NCBI GenBank assembly: GCA_037444305.1
Contig: JBBIMP010000014.1
Coordinates: forward strand, 47,316 to 111,315
Length of the DNA stretch: 64,000 nucleotides
Source of the DNA: Acidobacteriota bacterium
GTDB lineage: Bacteria > Acidobacteriota > UBA6911
Reading direction: 5' to 3'
The stretch's first letter is position 1, and the number at the start of each line of letters is the position of its first letter. Below the pieces are notes generated by a model. That model was not told the DNA's origin, searched no databases, and saw only the letters and a list, made by a program, of their open reading frames with translations. A program made the position numbers and the translations under genes. Of the stretch, positions 52,203-58,339 are shown in pieces.

Positions 52203-53358
52203 TCGGCTCCAGGTTCGGATCGCGGGACGGGAGGCGGTGCCCGTGTGGCTGGGCCCGGAGGACCATGCCTGGCTGCGAGCCTTGATCGACGATTTTGCCA
52301 GGCTGGACGGCCGCCCATACCGCGAGGTCATTTCGTTCCTGCAGGAACCGTCGCGCACAGCTTCGCCTGCCGGCAAGCGGCGGATGGCAATCTGGATGCT
52401 CCAGCATCTCTGCACGCGCGACCGTCCGCCGCTCGATGCTGCGGCGCTGCGGGACGCGGTCGCCGTCGCGGCACAGCGGGCCCGCGATGCGGATCGGTTC
52501 GATCGATCGGAGGTGCTGGACGCTGGCTCCCGGTCCCTCGGGCTGTCTGCTGCCGCGGCCGATGAGCACCTGTTCGCAGATCTTCCGGGGGAGCGGCGAC
52601 TGCGCACTCCCACACCCCTCCCTGATCCGCAGGCGCTGGCGACACGCACCAATCTAGCGCTGGCGCAAGGTCTGCTCAGGCTCGCATTCGAGGTTTCCAT
52701 CGAGCTTTACGGCGGCGCCCGCGCCGTGGTTCGGCAGGTGCGCCTGCGGCGCCTCGTCTGTACCGTTCGCCGCAAGATGACGGACGGCGTTCGCTTCGAA
52801 ATATCGGGCCCGTTTTCGCTGTTTCGGCGCACGACGATGTACGGCCGCGCCCTGGCGTCAATCCTTCCGCTCCTCCCCTGGTGTGACCGTTTCGAGCTTG
52901 TGGCACGCTGCCTCTTGCGCGGCCACGCCGTGAGCGTGCACTTGCGTCCGGGTGATCCTATCGCTGCCGGCGAGCCGCCGCGGCCATACGACAGCCGGCT
53001 GGAAGAGCGCTTCGCACGCGACTTTGCGCGCGCGAACCTGGATTGGGACCTCATCCGCGAGCCCGAGCCTGTCCAAGCCGGCGAAGCCCTGGTGTTCCCG
53101 GACTTTGCCGTCGTTCACCGGCGCGATCCCTCGAAGCGTTGCCTGCTCGAGATCGTCGGTTTTTGGACGCCTGAATACCTGCGCGAGAAGCTCGATCGTG
53201 TGCGCGCCATGCCCCGCGAGCCGATGGTGCTCTGCATCGATCGCAGCCTGAACTGCAGCGCCGGTGAGCTGCCTGCGCACGCGCGCATCGTATGGTTCCG
53301 CAGGCGGATCGAGCCCGGCGCGGCGATGGCGGCAATCGAGGCGGCGGTAAAGAAGTGA
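52189..53358 (+). CDS. DUF790-family (Bax1-like) predicted PD-(D/E)xK endonuclease
   Basis: 389 aa. The TTG start overlaps the helicase's 3' end by 14 nt. Central ISGPFSLFRRTTMYGRALASILPLL. C-terminal YDSRLEERFARDF...LVFPDFAVV...CLLEIVGFWTPEYLREKL matches my recollection of the DUF790 pattern fDS.lE...PDF...EIvGFWtpeYL. Confidence 0.75.
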   Translation: MLPADRLQVRIAGREAVPVWLGPEDHAWLRALIDDFARLDGRPYREVISFLQEPSRTASPAGKRRMAIWMLQHLCTRDRPPLDAAALRDAVAVAAQRARDADRFDRSEVLDAGSRSLGLSAAAADEHLFADLPGERRLRTPTPLPDPQALATRTNLALAQGLLRLAFEVSIELYGGARAVVRQVRLRRLVCTVRRKMTDGVRFEISGPFSLFRRTTMYGRALASILPLLPWCDRFELVARCLLRGHAVSVHLRPGDPIAAGEPPRPYDSRLEERFARDFARANLDWDLIREPEPVQAGEALVFPDFAVVHRRDPSKRCLLEIVGFWTPEYLREKLDRVRAMPREPMVLCIDRSLNCSAGELPAHARIVWFRRRIEPGAAMAAIEAAVKK

Positions 53359-53450
53359 TGAGTTCAGCGCCCGCGACGAACCGGAGCGCGAGGCGCGGTT
53401 GGAGAGCAGAGTATCGGGATGCTGCCGGCGAGACCACAAGGCCCTTGGGT

Positions 53451-53470
53451 GCCGGCATGCCGGCTTTTCT
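53451..53470 (+). terminator. Rho-independent terminator after the helicase-DUF790 operon
   Basis: The palindrome GCCGGCATGCCGGC (5-bp stem, GCAT-type loop) is followed by TTTTCTC, 93 nt after the DUF790 stop. Confidence 0.6.
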
Positions 53471-53474
53471 CGGA

Positions 53475-53503
53475 TTGATGCACGGGAACATTATAGCTAT
53501 ATA
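53475..53503 (+). promoter_or_regulatory. AT-rich candidate promoter of the phd-like gene
   Basis: TTGATG (53475-53480), a 17-nt spacer, then TATATA (53498-53503). It sits in a local AT-rich patch, ATTATAGCTATATATATGG. Confidence 0.45.
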
Positions 53504-53531
53504 TATGGCCAAATTATCCTGGGGACGAAAG

Positions 53532-53768
53532 ATGCGCTTTGCGAGCGTTGCAGAGGTTAAAAACCAGCTCTCCCGACTCCTGGCGGAGGCAAAAAAAACG
53601 AGGGAGCCCATCGTCGTGACTCATCACGGTAAACCATACGCGCTGATCCAGGCTATTTCGGAAAGGGACCTGGAAGAGCTGGGGTGTTCGAGCCAGCCGC
53701 GGGAGAGAAGGTGTCCGCCATCGGCGGAGGCCCCGCCGGGCTGTCCGCGGCGCACGACCTCGTCCTGA
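53532..53768 (+). CDS. Phd/YefM-type antitoxin N-terminal domain with a non-homologous C-terminal tail (orphan, probably chimeric)
   Basis: MRFASVAEVKNQLSRLLAEAKKTREPIVVTHHGKPYALIQAISERDLEEL is a classic Phd/YefM N-domain. From about 53680 the frame continues as an out-of-frame read of the oxidoreductase fragment. No toxin gene follows. Confidence 0.55.
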   Translation: MRFASVAEVKNQLSRLLAEAKKTREPIVVTHHGKPYALIQAISERDLEELGCSSQPRERRCPPSAEAPPGCPRRTTSS

Positions 53769-54388
53769 TGGGATTCCGGCCGGTGGTGTACGAGGCGGAA
53801 GCGGTCTGGAGCGGGATGCTGGCCCTCGGTGTGCCCGAATACCGGCTGCCGCGCGAGTCGATCCGGCGCGAAATCGCCGTTATCCAGGCGCTCGGCGCCG
53901 AGTTGCGCCTTGAAGTGTGCGTCGGCTCGGACCTGTCGTTTGCCGAAATCCGGCGGGAATCCGCCGCGGTGATCCTGGCCGCCGGCGCGAAGCGCTCGCG
54001 GCAGCTGGGACTGCCGGGCAAGTCCGGCCCCGGCGTCCTCGGGGGCGTGGACCTGCTCCGCGCCGTATCGCTCGGTGAAACCTTGGAGCTGGGCGAGGAC
54101 GTGATCGTCGTTGGCGGCGGCAATGTGGCCTACGACGTCGCCCGCACGGTGGTCCGGCAGGCGGCCTATGACGCCGCCCGGACCGCGGCGCGGCTTCCGG
54201 GGACGCGGCGCGTGCGCCTGGTTTTGCTGGAGACGCTGGAGGAGATGCCGGCCGACACCGTCGAAATCCGTGAAGGCGACGAAAAAGGCGTCGAGCGGGT
54301 GAACGGCTGGGGTCCGGTGGAGATCCACCGGGATCCGCAAGGCATATCCCTTCGAGGCGCAATCGCTCGAACCGGGTTCTGCGCATAA
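53684..54388 (+). pseudogene. Truncated GltD-like NAD(P)H/FAD-dependent oxidoreductase (central part only)
   Basis: It starts directly at the dinucleotide-binding motif EKVSAIGGGPAGLSAAHDL and has a second Rossmann motif VIVVGGGNVAYDVAR, then LLETLEEMPADTVEIREGDEKGVE. The usual N-terminal Fe-S region and the C-terminal third are missing. Confidence 0.55.
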
Positions 54389-54395
54389 GGGGGAG

Positions 54396-54707
54396 ATGGA
54401 AGACCTCTACGCGCCGGCCCGGTCCGTCGGCTACGTCCGGGCGGGGCCGAGGACCAGCGCGGTGGAAGATCTCGTGGCTACCGGGCCCGGGACGCCGGCT
54501 CCCGCGGGACGCGCAGCCTCCGAGGGGAAGGGGATGAGAACCGGCGAGGGTTGGGCCGTTGTTCTGGTGCGCCCGCTGCCCGAAGGCCTGCGCCGGGGCG
54601 CCCGCACGCAGGCGGCCTACGCGGTTTGGGAGGGCTCCCAGGATGAAGTCGGGGCAAAGAAGATGCGCTCGGTCTGGATCCCGCTCCTGGTGGAGGCGGG
54701 AAAGTAA
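54396..54707 (+). CDS. Hypothetical ORF whose stop overlaps the TorD-like start (TAATG); coding status doubtful
   Basis: 103 aa with no recognisable motifs and GC-biased composition. The only positive evidence is the TAATG junction with the next gene. Confidence 0.25.
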   Translation: MEDLYAPARSVGYVRAGPRTSAVEDLVATGPGTPAPAGRAASEGKGMRTGEGWAVVLVRPLPEGLRRGARTQAAYAVWEGSQDEVGAKKMRSVWIPLLVEAGK

Positions 54708-55264
54708 TGGGCAAAAAAACCGTCGCCGATGAGGCTCGCGCCGCCTTGGCCGAGGCTGCCCGCTGGCGTATTCTGGGGCTGTTTTTCGAGCGCCCCAGGG
54801 AAGGCTGGCGAGAGGAACTGAAGAGCCTGGTCGGCGAGTCCGGAGACGAGGCGCTGCGCGCATTGTCGCGGGAAATACTGGAGTCTGACGAGGGCAGCTA
54901 CCTGAGATTGCTCGGGCCGGGTGGAGCGGTATCGCCCCGGGAAGTCGCCTGGCGGCCGCGCGAGGATCCGGGGCAGGTTCTGGCAGATCTCCGTGGGTTC
55001 TACGATGCATTCGCCTTCACCCCCCGGACCGAGGATCCCCCGGACCACATCGCGGTCGCGGCCGGCTTCATGGCCTTCATGAAGATGAAGGAAGCCTACT
55101 GCCGGTCGACCGGCGATGAGGAGGCCATGCTCATTGTGAGTAAAGGGTTGAGATCATTCCGTGAAAACCACCTGGATGCATTCGCCGCAGCCCTCGCCGA
55201 GCGTCTGGCCGATGCAGGCTGCTCCCCTCTGGCCCGCGCCGCCTCCCTGATGGTGGAGAGGTGA
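54707..55264 (+). CDS. TorD/DmsD/NarJ-family redox-enzyme maturation chaperone
   Basis: 185 aa: RWRILGLFFERP..., and the signature PPDHIAVAAGFMAFM (compare EPDHIavELeFma.L). Confidence 0.75.
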   Translation: MGKKTVADEARAALAEAARWRILGLFFERPREGWREELKSLVGESGDEALRALSREILESDEGSYLRLLGPGGAVSPREVAWRPREDPGQVLADLRGFYDAFAFTPRTEDPPDHIAVAAGFMAFMKMKEAYCRSTGDEEAMLIVSKGLRSFRENHLDAFAAALAERLADAGCSPLARAASLMVER

Positions 55265-55410
55265 ATCCACATTTCGAGGCCGACTTCGGAGAAGCCGGGA
55301 GCACGCGATAAGGTTCGTTCGAAAACTGGGGAACGCATTTGTCGAAGGCCCTGGTATCGCTTGGATGAATGGAAGGATACGCGATGGACCCTGAAAGGGT
55401 CCGACAGGAG

Positions 55411-55433
55411 AGCCCAGGGCGTCAGCCCTGGGT
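55411..55433. repeat. GC-rich palindromic hairpin repeat, copy 1
   Basis: AGCCCAGGGC-GTCA-GCCCTGGGT (8-bp stem). A separate perfect hairpin, GGACCCT-GAA-AGGGTCC, lies at 55386-55402. Confidence 0.6.
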
Positions 55434-55518
55434 AAGGCGGGATAAGGGGAGAGGAGAGCCCTGAGAGGCGACACGAGCTGCGCCGTCCTACAGGGCTCAA
55501 TCCCGGCATTCGCAGGAA

Positions 55519-55540
55519 AGCCCAGGGCGTCAGCCTGGGC
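55519..55540. repeat. GC-rich palindromic hairpin repeat, copy 2
   Basis: AGCCCAGGGCGTCAGCC-TGGGC shares the 17-nt core AGCCCAGGGCGTCAGCC with copy 1, 108 bp away. Confidence 0.6.
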
Positions 55541-55618
55541 TTCCTGGCGCTCCTTCTCCGTCGCGTCGAAGACCTTCTGCCATCGGGAAAAGTCGGCGAC
55601 CTTGTGTCGGACGAGCAT
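55535..55618 (-). pseudogene. 5' fragment of a small gene truncated at hairpin repeat copy 2
   Basis: The minus strand reads MLVRHKVADFSRWQKVFDATEKERQEAQ and then runs into repeat sequence. It resembles the N-terminus of roughly 95-aa small alpha+beta proteins of the type M.V.VRHKVADY.KWK..FD; this is from memory and is not verifiable here. Confidence 0.3.
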
Positions 55619-55708
55619 ATCCATAAGCTGTCCGAACCGGCGTATGGAGTGCTGGAAATCCAGCACCACGAAGGCGCCAAGGCACAAAGGGACACAAAGA
55701 ATGCCGGG

Positions 55709-57007
55709 TCAGGGGCGCTTGAGCGCAGCGCGCAGGAAGCGCGAAGTCACCTGTTCGCCGGCGATTATTTTTTGGGCGCCCGGCAGCGCGTTGAGCGCCC
55801 GGACCATCCGGTTCAGGAACCGGCTGCCCCGGGAGGCGCCTTCGTCGAAGAGCAGGTGCGCGAGGCGGCCGCGCTCGATCGCCATCCGGATCACGCGCTC
55901 CATGGAGTCGCGCGGGACGCGGGACCGCTCGGACCGCCGGACCATCTTCATCGATCCCTTCAGGCATGCGTCCGCGCACACGCCGCATCCAATGCAGCGG
56001 CCGGTGTCGATTACCGGAGTCAGCGTGTTCTTCGGCCGGGCCTCGACCCTCTGCGGATCCATCTTGATCGCCGCCACGGGGCACGCCCTCGCGCAGCGCG
56101 AGCAGCCGCTGCACTGGCCCGGGTCCGAATGCGCGAGGAAGCCGCTCGGGTTGACCGCGGGCAGGCCGAACTCGCTGACGGCGCACAGCTGCGCGCAGCA
56201 GCAGCCGCAGCAGTTGCAGATATAGGCCGGCCGGTTCATGACGTTGTCCGCAATCTGCACGAGTCCCCGCTCCCGGGACGCCGTCATGATGTCCATGGCT
56301 TCCGACCGGTCGATGCTCCGCCCGAAATGGCGGCGCACGACGAAATCCGCGCCGCCGTTCAGCGACAGGCAGATCTCCTGCGGGGCGTCGCACGCCTTGC
56401 CGAGGTGCTGAGCCTTGTGGCGGCAGTAGCACACGGCGACGGCCCAGGATTTGGCGCCGGAGACGACCTCCCGGGCGCTTTCCCAGTCGAGGACGTCGGG
56501 CAGCGCCTCCTCGGCGATGCCGGTTTCGTGGACCAGCGTGCGGCCGATGACGGTGCCTCCGCCGAAAGCTTCGCGGGCGAAGGTCTCGTCGCCGTGCATG
56601 TAGGCGTCGTAGGCCTCGGCCAGCCGCTTCTGCGGGAGCCGGTCATGTGCCCGCATGAGCGAAAACTCGAAAAAACCGACCACTGGCGGGGAAAGAAGGT
56701 AGCGTGGTCTGCCGCCGTCGGGCGGCACCAGGTCCATCACGATACCCTTCTCGCACATGGATTCCAGCCGCGGCAGGAGCTGGTCCGCCGGAATGCCGAC
56801 CCGGGCGGCGATCCGGTCTATGTCGGACGGCATGACAGGGAGCCTGGAAGCCAGCTCCGCCTCCTCCGGGGTGAACATGATCTCGAGGATTTCGCGCCAA
56901 CCCGCACGCGCCCGTTCGTCCGAAGGCTCAGGCATGGCGATCTGCCCAGCCTCCAGGCGCTTCACCAGGCTGCGGTATTCATCCTTCAGGTTGCGCCAGT
57001 GGCCCAT
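55709..57007 (-). CDS. Cys-rich 4Fe-4S dicluster-domain protein with an N-terminal winged-helix-like region
   Basis: 432 aa from MGHWRNLKDEYRSLVKRLE. It has an unusual cluster ICNCCGCCCAQLC, then two ferredoxin motifs CSGCSRCARACP and CIGCGVCADAC. The track's upstream extension to 57529 has no support. Confidence 0.8.
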   Translation of the reverse strand: MGHWRNLKDEYRSLVKRLEAGQIAMPEPSDERARAGWREILEIMFTPEEAELASRLPVMPSDIDRIAARVGIPADQLLPRLESMCEKGIVMDLVPPDGGRPRYLLSPPVVGFFEFSLMRAHDRLPQKRLAEAYDAYMHGDETFAREAFGGGTVIGRTLVHETGIAEEALPDVLDWESAREVVSGAKSWAVAVCYCRHKAQHLGKACDAPQEICLSLNGGADFVVRRHFGRSIDRSEAMDIMTASRERGLVQIADNVMNRPAYICNCCGCCCAQLCAVSEFGLPAVNPSGFLAHSDPGQCSGCSRCARACPVAAIKMDPQRVEARPKNTLTPVIDTGRCIGCGVCADACLKGSMKMVRRSERSRVPRDSMERVIRMAIERGRLAHLLFDEGASRGSRFLNRMVRALNALPGAQKIIAGEQVTSRFLRAALKRP

Positions 57008-57212
57008 GCGGAACACTCCTTTCGCGCAGTGCGGATTGTGATTTGCTTGAGATTTTGTGCGGATTGCGCAGTCAAATACAAGGTATTTTGTTGCGCTCCC
57101 CGGCGGCACCGTCTCGGCGGATCCTCCCGAGCAGCAGAATTCGGGAAAGCCGGGCGGAGATGACCATGAATTCCATGTGTTGCGCGCAGTGAGTGGATTA
57201 TCATCGGGCCGG

Positions 57213-58148
57213 ATGAAGACGATCATGAAAGGCAACCTGGAACTTCTGCTCCTGTGGCTGTTCTCCGCTGGATGGCTGCACGGCCAGAGCCATGAGCCCG
57301 TGCAGCTAAGGGCCAGGGTCGATCTGGTCTCCCTCGATGTCGATGTGCGCGACCGCGAGGGCAACCACGTCGGAGGGTTGGCTGCCACCGAATTCGTCCT
57401 CAAGGAGAACGGCAAAGCTGTCGAGGTCGCCCATTTCGTCGAACACGCGAACCGATCCGTCAGCCTGGTCTTCGTGCTGGACACCAGCGGCATGACACGG
57501 CAGCAGATGATTGTTGCGAAACAATACATATCCCGAATCTCTCATCTTCTCGACCCTGAAGACGAGATTGCCCTCTACACTTTTGATGTGCGGGACGCCT
57601 GGCTGGACATGGACTACACCAGGGATCGAACGGTCCTGACCGAGAGGCTCTCACAGATCGACGTTCCGTCGAGGCGCGGCCCTTCCATCATTAGAAGCCT
57701 GTTTGGCAGGACTCCGAAGACGGGTTTGGGGATAGACCTTGGTCTGGCCAAGGGACAGGAAGGGAAAAACGACAAGAAGGCGGTGATGGTGATTTCGGAC
57801 CGCTTCAAGGGCCTGGGGCCCGCCACCGTGGATCATGTCCGCGAGTCCGGAATCACGCTCGTCACGCTGAATTTCGGCAACAAGACCGAGGCAGTCGTGG
57901 GGCTTGGCGGGGACCTCATCAGCCGGAGAGCGCTTCTGAATGAATCCGGCGGCCGGCAGTTTGCCGCCGATGGCGAAGAAACGGGCACGATTTCGCATGC
58001 CGTGGTCCGTGCGCTGAAGCAACACTACACGCTGGGTTACCTCACGACCATCGCACCGGGGGATGACCAGCGGCGCAAGCTGGAGGTGTCCGTCCCCGGC
58101 CGGAACTTCGAGGTCCGCGCCCGCCGCAGTTTTGTCCCGCCGCGCTGA
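57213..58148 (+). CDS. Secreted VWA-domain protein (VWFA-related acidobacterial-type N-terminus)
   Basis: It has a signal peptide (MKTIMKGNLELLLLWLFSAGWLHGQ), then VDLVSLDVDVRDREGNHVGGLAATEFVLKENGK and the VWA MIDAS-like motif VFVLDTSGM. Confidence 0.8.
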   Translation: MKTIMKGNLELLLLWLFSAGWLHGQSHEPVQLRARVDLVSLDVDVRDREGNHVGGLAATEFVLKENGKAVEVAHFVEHANRSVSLVFVLDTSGMTRQQMIVAKQYISRISHLLDPEDEIALYTFDVRDAWLDMDYTRDRTVLTERLSQIDVPSRRGPSIIRSLFGRTPKTGLGIDLGLAKGQEGKNDKKAVMVISDRFKGLGPATVDHVRESGITLVTLNFGNKTEAVVGLGGDLISRRALLNESGGRQFAADGEETGTISHAVVRALKQHYTLGYLTTIAPGDDQRRKLEVSVPGRNFEVRARRSFVPPR

Positions 58149-58261
58149 TTCCCTTGCTCGCCCATCCCTGCATCCGTCCGCGGGGGTGCGCGATGCCGGC
58201 CTTCCGGCGCGCCGCAGCTCATAGCATTGCCGCCCGCCTCGATTGACTGCAGCCTGAGAGC

Positions 58262-58295
58262 AAGAAAAAGGGGAACGGGCCAGGACCCGTTCCCC
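58262..58295 (-). terminator. Rho-independent terminator of the TonB-dependent receptor gene
   Basis: The minus strand reads GGGGAACGGG-TCCTGG-CCCGTTCCCC (10-bp stem) followed by TTTTTCTTG, 45 nt after the stop. A second perfect palindrome, GCCGGGCTCGAGCCCGGC, lies at 58311-58328. Confidence 0.7.
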
Positions 58296-58339
58296 ATGAA
58301 GTGCCGCAGCGCCGGGCTCGAGCCCGGCCCTGCCAGGCC

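Noticed and set aside
51201-52700. A 499-aa minus-strand ORF, plus other-frame ORFs across the helicase/DUF790 genes.
   Set aside because: It is antisense to two genes with clear helicase and nuclease motifs, and its translation is Ser/Arg/Ala-rich low complexity.
53624-55695. Minus-strand ORFs 53624..54340, 53880..55010, 55096..55695 and 55154..55687.
   Set aside because: Most are antisense to the GltD-like fragment and the TorD-like gene, or they run through the hairpin repeats (peptides such as PGLTPWALLSDPF are repeat translations). Only the first ~28 codons of 55154..55687, from the internal Met at 55618, look like a genuine gene fragment, and that is reported separately.
55709-57529. 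The 606-aa version of the Fe-S protein ORF, and the 15726..17669 and 18437..19474 extended versions of the kinase and obg.
   Set aside because: The extensions overlap neighbouring genes or a terminator and lack homology. Internal starts (57007; about 16224; 18482) fit the conserved N-termini.
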